Under the pieces are notes generated by a model, which was given only the letters and a program-made list of their open reading frames with translations, was not told the DNA's origin and did not search any database. From positions 97,774,001 through 97,838,000 of the forward strand of contig NC_043001.1 of NCBI RefSeq assembly GCF_006345805.1: a stretch of 64,000 nt of DNA, in the 5' to 3' direction. Position 1 is the stretch's first letter; every line of letters begins with the position of its first letter. This document shows positions 52,215 to 64,000 of the stretch, one piece after another. The stretch comes from Octopus sinensis (Eukaryota). The position numbers were made by a program, and so were the translations under genes.

Positions 52215-52716
52215 ATGCACACACGCACCGTTTTTCGTCGCCAGTAACGATTCGGTAAAGAAATCGTTGCTTGTGTCCATGAGTTGAGCGGTGGCGAGCA
52301 AGCGAACTAGCGGAGATTGTGACTCGTTGATTTTTGTTGTCACTTAAATCATGCGGAACCCATGCTCCCTACGTCTGAACCTTTCCCACCGAGTGATGTT
52401 ACTTCTCTATAGCAGTGTGGAAGCATTCTAGTTTCACTTCCAGTTCCCTTGTCCTTTGACGAGAATGTTTGTTGCAAAAGTTGGTTTAATCGCTCTTCAT
52501 CGAACTCAACTGGATATAGCCTGGACGAGGTACGTGTTTGAGGTCAAAATTCCCATTTGTGAACTTGGCATACCAATCACGATCGGTTCTTTCAGTTATG
52601 TCCCCCTCTCCATACACAGCACAAGTATCGCGAGCAGCTTTTGCAGCCGTAGAACCTTGATTAAAAGCAAAAAGAAGGTGTCGAAAATGCACGTTTTTCT
52701 TAACTGCACATTCCAT
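52215..52716 (-). pseudogene. Mariner transposase N-terminal fragment (a second mariner family)
   Basis: MECAVKKNVHFRHLL(L)FAFNQG..AAKAARD.CAVYGEG.ITERT..WYAKF.NGNFDL, then WVPHDLS and RIVTGDEK. Truncated at a CA microsatellite. Confidence 0.85.
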
Positions 52717-53419
52717 TTTAATGTTCTAAAAATAATCAAAAATAACTCAAATTAACTAGAAAAAAAAAAGATTCCAAAATGATTCAAAAAACAATTCTCG
52801 AAAACAAAAAAATATAAGTCGACTCTCATGAAATATCCTCAAATATATACATTTGCATCTTCAATATCTTATCATAGATTATTAATGGGCGGGATATTCT
52901 TATGGAATTTATTTTATTATTCAGGTTACATGTACAAACATATGCGCAATGTCTTATCAAAATAAAAGGAAAATATTGTTTCGTATATATGTTGTTCACC
53001 TGCGATAATACGTCTGAAAGACACGAACAACTAACATGAAATATATGGGTGACGATGTAAACGTACAGAATAATTTTCAAACAACCTTTTTGTCATTCAT
53101 TTAAAAATATTACGAACGCAATAGGATTTCGAAATGAAGATTGTTTTTCAATTTCCTACCACTTATAATTAATGACTTTGATAGATGCCTGCGTTTGTTT
53201 GTATTTTTTTAAACTGATATACAATGGATAATGTTATTTAGTCATATTCTATACATACACACATATAAACGTGTAACTCTGTGTATCTGTGTATCTGTCT
53301 ATTTCTGTGGCTTTATTTACGTGAATATGTGAACGTTCGAATTAGAATGCGATCGAGAGCGGATTTCAAAGTAGTTTTAAATTAGCCTGCAATATATTGC
53401 AGACACAAGCTTTATCTTT

Positions 53420-53476
53420 CATAATTCTTTATTATTATAGCTGAGATTATTATTTTTATTATCTTTATTATTATTA

Positions 53477-53529
<53 letters not shown>

Positions 53530-53530
53530 G

Positions 53531-53571
<41 letters not shown>

Positions 53572-53598
53572 ATTTTTATTATTATTATCATCATCATC

Positions 53599-53642
<44 letters not shown>

Positions 53643-53757
53643 CATAATTATTATTAATATTATTATCATTATTATCATTATTATTATTATTATTATCATT
53701 ATTATTAATATTATTATTTTTATCATTATTATCATCATCATCATCATCATCATCATC
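53420..53757. repeat. Long interrupted (ATT)n/(ATC)n trinucleotide array
   Basis: Direct reading, about 330 bp. It produces the spurious poly-Ile ORF. Confidence 0.95.
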
Positions 53758-54438
53758 AGTTTATTGTTATCCGTGTCGTAGTTGTAGTTGCAGTAGTCGT
53801 ATAATCGTACTTGTGGTGGCGCTGATGGTCGTGTGTTTAATGTGTGTATGTAGGTGTCTGGGGGGGGGGTGATGGTGTCGGGGAAAGCTGAAGATGTAAC
53901 ATCAGCATTAATGTTAATATTGATATTATTAATATTATTATGAATTTTTTTTTTTTTTTGCTCAGAACAATTAAGTTAGACAGAAATATGCGATCAAAGA
54001 AAGTTTATGGCTTCAAAATTAGTCAGACATGAAACAAAAATAGCCTCTTTATATTTCCGAGAAAATGATAATGGTGAGCGGCGTATACGGGGCGGGGGGA
54101 TCCAAGTAAATACAAATAAAAGACATATGAAGAAAATTACTTTAGAAAGAAAATAACATAAAAGATAGATCAGACGAACGCAATTGCTTGAACCGTTTCA
54201 ATCTATATTATGCACTTACGCACAAATACACTCTCAGAACAGGCACACAGAAGAATACGGGCAAACACCAGCTCGCACGGGCGCATACACAGACGTTCTC
54301 AATATTAAAAAAAAACACTTTCACACTTAAATGTAGTAACATATATGTCTTTACATTTGTTTCATATTCATCGGTGTGACTATATACATACATATATATG
54401 TATATCTATATATATAAATATAATATCTGTACATATGC

Positions 54439-54476
<38 letters not shown>

Positions 54477-54857
54477 ATGAATATATATCCATATGTTGAT
54501 ATGCATACATATTAGTATGGAAATATATACGTATGAAGGTACGTGTTTACACACGCACTCACAACCCCACATGCACATATGTATATACAAATGTAGACGT
54601 CATTCGGAAGAGCATACATATAAGTAGAGAGAGCAACCCTTGATATGTAAATATATATTAGCATACACAATTATATATAGGCTGAATGCAATATTAGAAG
54701 CTGCTTACTTGCATATCAAAGCACTCGAAGCGTCCGCCTCACCAATATTACATGCAGGCATATATAAACATGAATGTAAATATAATTATTAATATATATA
54801 AATATAACTATATACGAAAGTATAAATAAAATTTTATATATATATAAGTATAAATGT

Positions 54858-54895
<38 letters not shown>

Positions 54896-55210
54896 TTTAT
54901 TCAAAAACAGCAAACATTTTACTAAAAGAGTTATTCAGAGTTTCATGTTCCCGTTCTTTGGACAGTTAAAGATATATCTATCACTCTCTCTCTCTCTCTC
55001 TCTCTCTCTTTATATATATATATATATATATATACATTGAAATATGTGTCATAGACTCATGGTATAGTACCCACGAATGAGATAGACGTATACCTTATGT
55101 ATGTATGTTCGAGTTTTATCATGGCTACCGAATATTTGTCACATATTATATATACAGATATATATAATATATATATATATATATATTATATAGAGAGAGA
55201 GAGAGAGAGA

Positions 55211-55390
55211 GATAGTCAACGGTGCCTTATATAGATAGTCAGTGGTGCCTTATATAGATAGTCAGTGGTGCCTTATATAGATAGTCAGTGGTGCCTTATA
55301 TAGATAGTCAGCGGTGCCTTATATAGATAGTCAGCGGTGCCTTATATAGATAGTCAACGGTGCCTTATATAGATAGTCAGCGGTGCCTTA
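55211..55390. repeat. 23-bp minisatellite, about 7.8 copies
   Basis: GATAGTCA(G/A)(T/C)GGTGCCTTATATA repeated directly with no spacers. Confidence 0.95.
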
Positions 55391-55495
55391 TCCATGGACA
55401 TTGTGAACGATGGAGTCGAGTTTCATATATATATATATAGATATATATATATATATATGAAACTCGACTCCATCGTTCACAATGTCCATGGATAA
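55388..55495. repeat. Perfect 38-bp inverted repeat around (TA)n
   Basis: TTATCCATGGACATTGTGAACGATGGAGTCGAGTTTCA (55388-55425) and its exact reverse complement (55458-55495). Confidence 0.95.
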
Positions 55496-55828
55496 ACCTG
55501 AGAGCTTCCCCTCTGGGGAACAAATCTGTGCGGATAGTCGCCACGTCGTCGAACGCACAACATAGGCGTGTTTTTATGGAAGACCAGCAGTCGCCCATTC
55601 ATACCAGCCTCCCCTCTCCACGCCACCAATGTTGTAGAAGGAAGAGGCAAAGGCCGATACAGTTTGGCACCAGTTACATCGCAACTCATTTCTACAGGCG
55701 AGTAAGCTGGAGTAACGTGAAGTAAGGTGTTTTGCTCTAGAACACAACGCACAGCGCGGTCCGGGAACCGAACCCTCAACGTCACAATCGGAAGCACAAC
55801 GTCCTAATCACTGAGCCATGCGCCTTCC
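55496..55828 (-). mobile_element. tRNA-derived SINE, family C
   Basis: Minus-strand GGCGCATGGCTCAGTGATTAG (A box) ... GGGTTCGGTTCCC (B box) ... GAGCAAAACACC. Confidence 0.75.
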
Positions 55829-55835
55829 CATACCC

Positions 55836-55869
<34 letters not shown>

Positions 55870-56387
55870 GCATATATACATATATATATATATACACATA
55901 CATGCATATATATATGTGTGTGTGTGTGTGTGTGTATGTGTGTGCATGTATGTGTGAATTGTTAATCACAGGTATCTGCCGAACTAAGTTAAGAAAGAGA
56001 AGAAAAGAAAGAGCAAAATCCCACAGACAGGTAATCCCAAATAACGACAGAGAAGAGAAAAATATACAATGAATACGTTTATGAGTTTCATAAGAGTAAT
56101 TCTACATATGGATACTAGCCACAGAGACAATTAAGAATTAACAAGCTGATGAAAGAACGGGCCCAGGTTAGAAATGCTACGGAGATAACCGTGGGTGTAT
56201 TTGTTTTGAGTGTGTGTGTCTTTGTATGCGGGTGAATGTGTTTTAGTGATTTCGTATGCATATATATATATATATATAGATAGATAGATAGAAAGAAAGC
56301 GGCCAGATATTGAGGGATACATATATTTATACTTATAGACATATAGACTTATATAAACGACTAAATCTCTATGTATGTATTTATCTA

Positions 56388-56436
<49 letters not shown>

Positions 56437-56571
56437 AGCTACATATCTGATCTATGCAAACATGGGTAGATATATTCATATACATATATAAATAGTCACA
56501 GATACCTACAAATAAACCTATATATACACTTACACAGGCATATATATATATATACATATATTTATACATAA

Positions 56572-56626
<55 letters not shown>

Positions 56627-56759
56627 ACGATACATACATATATACAACGATACATACATTTATACTGTCTTTCTGACCTGGCTTCCTTCAAGTGTTGATG
56701 GCTTTCCTGTCTCTCTCTTGCCGTCCTCAAATGCATTCATAATATTTTTTCTTTAGTTC

Positions 56760-57186
56760 TTGCTTAACAGCTCTCAATGTTTGTGTTACTGTTATTCTCC
56801 TTGTCCTGTCTTTTACTGTTTATATTTTGTACTGTCTTTACTGTCCTGTCTTTACTATCTTTACTGTCTTTACTGTCCTGTTTTTGTTACCATTTTTACC
56901 CCTCCGCAAAAAAATCTCAAATTTTATTTAATTTGCTTTTCGCGGAAGGAATGTCTCATTAAAGTCGTGTCTCACCTTGACCGTCGAACGCGTTGTAGAT
57001 GAAACAAAGGCGACTGAAGAAGGGGAATTTTCCTTGTAACTTCCATTTCCTTGGTTTTGTGTTTATGTCCTCGATTCGCATTGTGTTCAACGTGTTTTTT
57101 TTGGTGTCCTGTACCCATATATGCATGTATATATACATATAGAGGTAGGTACGTACATATATGTATGTATATATGCATATGTTTTA

Positions 57187-57200
<14 letters not shown>
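56760..57200 (+). mobile_element. Interspersed repeat ending in (TA)n, with a 3' end shared with the 13.6 kb palindrome
   Basis: TTGGTG(T/C)CCTGTACCCATATATGCATG...GGTAGGTACGTAC also occurs at 13631-13706 (minus). The 5' limit is uncertain. Confidence 0.55.
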
Positions 57201-57257
<57 letters not shown>

Positions 57258-58789
57258 CCTGCATATTCATGAATATCTCTATCACGTGGTGTATATCTTG
57301 AAACGTCGTAACTGAGGTAGGTTTAATGTGATTGATGCTATTTCCTTCAGTTAGAAGATTTCAAAATATGAAACAGCTAATGGAAACATTTATAAATGTT
57401 GGAATTATGGAAATATATATGGCATATATATGTATATACGTTATTATGTGTGTATGTGTGTGTGTGCGGGTACTTGGAAATAGTTGCGTGGCGTTCAATT
57501 AGATAAATATAATATAAATACACACACATGCATACATGTGTAGAGGACGTCACCAACTGTGTAAACAAAATGAAATACGAAAACAAACGAGTTAAATACG
57601 CAACAACGAAAGTCAAAATGAATACAGGAGAAGCAAGCACATCGAACAACCCTTCATAAGTTGTCAGCTGTCTACCTACCCCTCATTTCGTGCATTCAAC
57701 GGTAATATGTGTCTTGAAAGACAGTTGCTTCCGGAACTTCTAAAATAAGACATATGATTTATTGAGGGTTAAAGTTGGGAGCAAAATCAGGACAGTGGAG
57801 ACATATAAGGAAACCGAACGAAAACAAACATAGAAGATCGTTAGACCAGAACGAGAGGAAAATAGCGAGCACCTTGAGAAATATTTTTTGTCAAAAAAGA
57901 AATGATAGAAGAGAGAGAAGGAAAAAGTCCTGTCCTTTGAACGTCCGTGCCGGAAAGGAAATATGGTTACGGGAGGAAAAGAAAAATAGACGCTGGTTAC
58001 GTGTGAGCAACATGAGAAAGTAAAAGAGGAGGGGCGAGAGAGAGAGAGACAGAGAGAGAGAGAGGAAATGTCGAAAGCGGGAGGAGAGAAAAAGGAATTA
58101 CAGAAGGACGGAAAGAGAAAACAATATAGAGTAGAGTAGCATCAAAATGTTTTAGATATACTTACTTGTAAATGGATGCGTGGTTTTCAATTAAATAAAT
58201 ATAACATAAATATGCATTATTATTCATATATATATATGTATGTGTGTGTGTGTGTGTGTAAATTAAGGATAAAACAACTTTCTATCATCACCCATTTAAT
58301 TACATTCAATAGTGTAATTGTCATGCAATGGAAAAACACTTGTACATTAATAATTGGGTATTCTATCAGAAGTATATTGGATAGATATTATTCCTTAGTT
58401 GGTTGGATTCACAACCACTAACTCTCTTGGAATTATATGTGTATATATATATAAATTTATAACCGCTGATCAAATTTATGTTTTAGTGAAAGGAATTTAT
58501 TCTCCATTATATTGTTTATGACTTATTTGGTATAACAAACTGTTTGTCTATTAGGTACCGACTAGTTGATGGTACGATGCTTAATGCACCATATTATTTA
58601 TAAGTGTACATCCCAAGCAATGCAATGACTAATATCTGTGGTCTTCCAAGTATGTAATTTAATATATTATTTTATAATGACCTTATTTAGCATCATTTTG
58701 CACTCGGCACAGACATTCTTCTCTGGCTGTATATTTCTCATCTAGTTGATCACTCATTGCGCTACTTTTTACAGCCAACAAAACCGTTT

Positions 58790-59115
58790 GAGTTCGAACT
58801 TATTCAGAGCAGGTGAGGTAAAACTTTTTTCCGATCTTGCTGGAATTTCCAATATACATGTCAGAAAACCTACTTCATTGGCATCGAATTTTCGAAATGT
58901 TATATCATTCTCACTACATCACATATTTTCTCTCTACACTTTTTGTTATTGTTGCCGTGAAATCAATACCAGTTGATGGATATAGTGATATTACATCCAT
59001 GCTACCTATAATGAAATCTTTGAGATCAAAAGAGTTGTTGCAGTCATTGATTCCGCTGGGAGTTCTTAAGTGCAATCACAGACGTCTGTCGACAATTCTA
59101 ATATCATTGAGCGAA
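58790..59115 (-). pseudogene. Penelope-like reverse transcriptase remnant
   Basis: GINDCNNSFDLKDFIIGSMDVISLYPSTGIDFT (RT motif A of the PLE/telomerase type). Preceded by a decayed T*EL and followed in another frame by SENDITFRKFDANEVGFL. Confidence 0.7.
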
Positions 59116-60159
59116 AATATGACAGTGTGTAGTTGCTGAAGAAGAAATAGTCAGATTTTTTGTCGCGCTATTGTGTTTCTCTATCACATGTAGATAGTCT
59201 ACGGATGTTTACTTCTTTTCTTCTTATAATGTCTTCTCACTTGTGACTGCGATATTTCTGTGTGAAATTCCGTTTAATGTTAAAGCAAGACGCTGAAAAT
59301 ATAGTTATTAAGCTAAATCTAAGCAAAAACCAGCATATCTCACTTACAGACTGAACAATACAAATAAAAAAGAAAATATCCGTAATATTCAAGTACGGTT
59401 GACAAAAACATCTTAGAAGAAACTTCGAAGCTTTGACAAATATTTCCTGAAAATAAAATCAACGCAGTATTCTACTTAAATATATTGAGAGATCCGTCGC
59501 TGTTGTAGGTTTATGCAGGTTTATGTTTAAAGATTATATTACAAAATGTTATAATTATTTTGTTATTGCAGTTTTAGATTTACCTTAAAATTAACATTTA
59601 TAAAAGTAATGACTAAATGTTAACAAAAAAATATACAAACATTAAATTTTTGTTGAGAGTTTTGTTTAGTTGAATGAAAACAATATTGTATGAAACACAC
59701 AAAGATTCATTACGGAATATGTCGGAAAGTAAACTTGAAGAAGTTAAAAACCAAATAAGTAGGAACTTATTAGTTAGAAAATCATATTAATGTCGACAAA
59801 TAATCACGCATACTCACATGATTCTCGAGAAGTTTGAATTTTTTTATTTTCATTTGTATATTTCTATGTTCTTTACGTTTCTGTTTTTTTTTTTGTAATT
59901 GTAGTTCATTTTTCAATATTTTATAGCTTCTAGTCTTAAATGTTTCATGATACCTATATACTGAGAACAATTTACAAAATAGAATATCAAAAAATATTTA
60001 TATTCTTGGAAACAAACAGATTAATAATATTTTTAAATTACATAGCAGAAGATATGATTATGGAACGCTAAAGTACGTAATAATTTATACAATGAAAGAC
60101 CACAGTCATGAGGCGTCGCTGTTGCTTAGTCATCGGAAGGGCTGCATTTTTTCTTTTCT

Positions 60160-60392
60160 TTTATTCTTTTACTTGTTTCAGTAATTTGAATGCGGCCATG
60201 CTGGAGTTCTGCCTTTCGTTGAGCAAAAAACGACCCAGGGAGTGACTTTTTGTAAGCCTAGTACTTATTCTATAGGCTCTTTTGCCAAACCGCTAAGTTA
60301 CAAGGACGTAAACACCCGCATCGGTTGTCAAGCAATGTTGGGGTGGACAAACACAGACACACAGACACATACACACACACACACGCACATAC

Positions 60393-60464
<72 letters not shown>

Positions 60465-60625
60465 TTCTGTTTTTTTTTTCTCTCTGTGTATCTTTCTGTT
60501 GAAGAGCGTAGGCTCGAAACGTTAAAGACTTGTTTTATTTATATTTCCTGAGCGCCATACTAATACAATTGTTTGTTTGTTTCCCACCTGCCTTCGTCTT
60601 TTGTCTATTTTCATAAAGCTTCCCG

Positions 60626-60668
<43 letters not shown>

Positions 60669-60810
60669 CGACGGGTTTTTTCATTTTCCGTCTACCAAAT
60701 CCACTCACAAAGCTTTGGTCGGCCGAGGCTAGAGTAGAAGACACTCGCCCAAGGTTCCACGCAGTGGGACTGAACTAGGTGCCATGTGGTTGGTAAACAA
60801 GCTACATTAT
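60160..60810 (-). mobile_element. SINE family A split at its internal microsatellite by an H1 element
   Basis: The tail half lies at 60160-60365 and the head half at 60660-60810, separated by (CA)n, the H1 element and (TA)n. Confidence 0.8.
60465..60627 (+). mobile_element. Non-coding element with an HHR-like fold (family H1, 5'-shortened)
   Basis: Fold at 60492-60527: CTTT-CTGTTGA-A-GAGC-GTAG-GCTC-GAAA-CG-TT-AAAG. A further 3' fragment of the family lies at ~32205-32302. Confidence 0.75.
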
Positions 60811-61059
60811 TTTATTTCATCAAAGTTGTCATGAAGACAGTACACAGATTAAGTAGCTATGCGGGTGGACAAGACATTAATGAAATGAATGATAATGATA
60901 CGAGAATGATAAGGCTAGGGAAAGACAGAAAGCGCCCGCTGACCCTCTGCTTCTCTATAACATTGATCTTTAACAACACGTTACACGAGGCAATGAACCT
61001 CTTACAATTTGTCAAAAATGACAACAATATTTACATTATACAAATATAAAAATATATTT

Positions 61060-61990
61060 ACATATTTCGGGCTAGCCTATTCTTCTTCGTCCCCGACCGG
61101 GCTATGAGTTGTCCATCGGTACTGCTCCAGATCCCAGATACGTTGTTCTCGTATTTCTTCTTTTTTGTTTTCTCGACGGGAGGGTGGAATTCCTCCAACT
61201 TATCGGGGAGTGTCTCCCTCCCTCCCACCGCCTCAGAATCTATTAGTGGGCAACCAACGTTGCACACCTTCTTTCTTTTTTTCCGTTCGAAGGAGTTACA
61301 TCTTCAAAGACTTTCTCTTCCGTTAGAGAATCAGGAGGCTCCGTTGGAGGAACAGGGGGATACTCTCCATCGTCTATTAATTGCTCCAGTACCCTAGCTT
61401 TGTTCCTTGAGCAGTTCCTCTTTATGTGGCCTGCTTCCAGGCAGAGGTGACACTTGGAGGAAGTCGTCCCTAAAGGACCACCGGGTGCCTGGAAACGGTC
61501 AACGTCAGGAAATCCGGTAATACCAGATCTTCGGCTGACTGGATCCATATGGTCAAAACAGATTTTGAGCCCACCCAGTCAACCGTAGATATAATCTTTA
61601 CGTTCAACAGCCTGGTATTACTGCCACCAAAACCCAGACGGATAGACTCCACTGTTCACACACCCAAGCTCTCGTTATTATTCGCTCACCGTATATAGGG
61701 AGAAACAAAATATTCTCCCCTTCCACCGGTTGGCACGCAAACTTTTTTGCCTTCGTATGAGTGTCAAAAACCACACACACAGTTGCATACTTTGCTCTCC
61801 TACGGATAAATCTAAAAGTTGGCAGGTACTCTGCCAAATCTTCTTCAGTCTCAGGCTGGGAGAACAGATTGATGGCTTCAAGGAGTCTAGAGTAGGTCCT
61901 TAACACCTCCGTTCTCTCAGTACAATTTTAAAGCCATTCTTTGGGGGCCACTCCAAAGCGGTATTGTTTGTTGCCATTTTTTAAAAATCA
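61060..61990 (-). pseudogene. Gag-like ORF1 of a non-LTR retrotransposon (frameshifted)
   Basis: CCHC knuckle CHLCLEAGHIKRNC with a Pro-rich tail. Upstream segment ATVCVVFDT...AKKFA.QP...LFLPIY is spread over three frames. No ORF2 follows. Confidence 0.65.
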
Positions 61991-62980
61991 AATAAAAATA
62001 AAATGTCGCAAAAACCAAAATGTCCAAAAATGTTCAAATAAAAGTCAATAATAAAATACTTCAAAGAAAGAACGAAAAGACAGGCGAGAGAAAAATGAAT
62101 GAAGGAAGACAGTTTAGCTGGCAACAAAATTCTGCTACTTAGGTAATCCACAATTGGCAGTTCTCCGTCGCTCAACAAAAATTAAATTCTTGCCGTCTTC
62201 GCATTCCTTGCCTGAATGGTAAATCCAGTGGTAATTCCTGGGCACGAACACAGTAAAACAAAAAGCAATTTTCAAAAAAGTTTTTTTTCTGGAGGGAATA
62301 CGCCTCCCAAAAACACAATTCTCACTGCAAAGTGAGTCTTTTTGCAGGACCACAGGCAGGCACATGTCTGGAACCAAGACTCCAATAAGCTCAAAAATAA
62401 AATGCCTTACGTGCTTCAATTTTTCAATATTTCACGTTGAACGACGTGACTTCTAATCAGCGTGAAAAAACGCGAACCCTTCTGTAGTGAAGTAAGCAAG
62501 CTACTTACGACACAGCCACTCGTCCGCCTATTTTAATGCATATATTGAGGCTAGAAGAAAAAAATTAAAACATTTTTAGTTGCAAAAGCCGTGTATAAAA
62601 TATTACAGCAGATCGCATGTATGTAATGTGTATTACTTTGCTTTATCGTCCTTTCTACTGCAGACACAAGGCTTGAAATTGCGTGTGAGGAGTCAAATCC
62701 ATTATATCGACCTCGTTGTTGATCTTATATCTATATATATTATCTTTCCCGGAGAATGAAATTTAAAGTCAACTTCGGCGGATTTTACACTGAGAACGTT
62801 CAGTTTTAATACACTACAATTAAAAACGCATGAACGGTTAAATGTACCGTGAAACCACGTGAAATTCGCTGCTAAAGAACAATATTTTTGATGAAGATTC
62901 AGAATTCAAACAACGAGAATTTTATTTATCTACAAAATGCAGTGTAATTTTATATTTGAGCAAACTTCAAATCTGCAGTA

Positions 62981-63620
62981 CAGTTTAGTATCCCTTATCC
63001 GCAATTCATAGAACCTATATGTTTCAGGTTTCGGATTTATGTCTATATTTATAACCGCATCTATAAAACAACTTTGAAATGGGACACAAACGTAATTCGG
63101 ATCTTTTTGGTTTGAACGGCAGTTTTTTCTAGCGGTGTCATGTGAAATTGTCACCCATAATTATGACCCTAGTATCGATCTATTGCATTTCAATCTGTTT
63201 TAGGGTTAGTTAGGGTTAGGTTTAGGGTTGTGTTAGGGGTGGGGGGAAGGTATCTTTTTTTCTTCACAAATGTAAATAAGCCCAATCTGTTTCTTAAACG
63301 AGGGACATATTCATACGACACAGAATGTGTTTTATCCCAATGGACGTCATTGATTGGTTGAAATTGCAGAAATTGAAGAAAAAACAACAAATATCTTACG
63401 AACTCTAGAATTTTCTCAATAAATCCAAGAGAAAAAATATTTTATAAACACATTCTACCAGTATACGAAGTTTACTTTTTCGTTACCTAGAAATTTTGTA
63501 AAAAACAGCCGTTCAAACCGAAAAGATCCCGTAATTCCGATACCCATTTACATTTCATAATGTAGCTTATACGTATACACTGAATGTAATTTTATATAAA
63601 TCTTTGATAATTTCTTTATA
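62981..63620 (+). mobile_element. Tigger/pogo-type MITE-like sequence, interrupted by a nested MITE
   Basis: TA|CAGTTTAGTATCCCTTATCC start. The body recalls Tigger4/MER46-type consensus (from memory). The right terminus was not located. Confidence 0.45.
63099..63529. mobile_element. 431-bp MITE with 30-bp TIRs and an 8-bp TSD (Merlin- or hAT-like)
   Basis: TIR GGATCTTTT(T/C)GGTTTGAACGGC(A/T)GTTTTTT at both ends. TSD CGTAATTC at 63091-63098 and 63530-63537. Internal TTAGGG-like run at 63200-63238. Confidence 0.85.
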
Positions 63621-64000
63621 AAAATATTTTCTCAGCTCAAAGATTATTAGCGATAACCGTGCATTGACTAAAGTAAAAAGTCTAATTTTGGGGCATATAA
63701 GCACTCGACGGAAAGAAATAGGATTTGCTGTGCGCAAGCACTGGCATAAGTTAGTAGAAAGATCAAAACCCTTTTATACGCTAAGGTAGAATATCAGTTT
63801 CCAACTGCGATGTATTGTTTTGATTAAAAGTTACCGTACACATACATTATTTATATTTTACTTTTTACTTAATATGTGTTACTTTTTATGCAAGGCATAA
63901 AAACAAATCATTGAGCTAGGTTTTAGGTAGTCAGAATGAAAACTACAAAAATGAGAATTTTACTTTTGAAGTAAAGTTCAACTAATGACAATAGTCATGT

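Noticed and set aside
52826-53080. Minus ORF resembling a signal peptide (MKIILYVYIV...)
   Set aside because: It starts at TTG rather than ATG and has no good donor or homology clue.
53412-53756. Poly-Ile/Met ORF
   Set aside because: It is the translation of an (ATT/ATC)n microsatellite.
55211-55390. Regular 23-bp repeats suggestive of CRISPR
   Set aside because: The units are contiguous with no unique spacers, there are no cas genes and the context is eukaryotic.
56940-57045. GAACGCGTT and CTGAAGAAGGGG fragments suggesting an HHR in the 57 kb repeat
   Set aside because: The core halves are out of order or too degenerate to fold.
58837-59139. Plus-strand ORF that looks like a secreted prepropeptide
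   Set aside because: It is better explained as the antisense of a PLE RT motif on the minus strand.
63200-63238. Telomere or chromosome-fusion site
   Set aside because: There are only a few degenerate units and they lie inside a MITE.

Overview
AT-rich, microsatellite-dense eukaryotic DNA. The repeat families look like those of octopus (a coleoid cephalopod); this is recognition from memory, not a database result. I cannot support any host protein-coding gene, and most of the ORF track is translated microsatellite or antisense transposon sequence. The window is a mosaic of mobile DNA: at least four tRNA-SINE-like families, a near full-length DD34D mariner (7174-8462), a SINE-interrupted maT-like element (46066-47183), other Tc1/mariner remnants and several MITEs, including a nested 8-bp-TSD MITE with telomere-like repeats. 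It also holds decayed non-LTR retrotransposons (R4/Dong-like, CR1/L2-like, a gag-like ORF1) and at least three Penelope-like element (PLE) fragments. The most striking signal is RNA-level: about ten hammerhead-ribozyme (HHR) folds or remnants. Two are canonical minimal type-I HHRs in the ~99% identical inverted arms of a young GIY-YIG PLE (32374-34136). Three copies of a ~200 bp non-coding element conserve an HHR-like fold with a non-canonical YUGUNGA+A core. Several families show a tail-out inverted architecture, and there are three palindromes centred on (TA)n. Coordinates were counted by hand; the ends of decayed elements are approximate.
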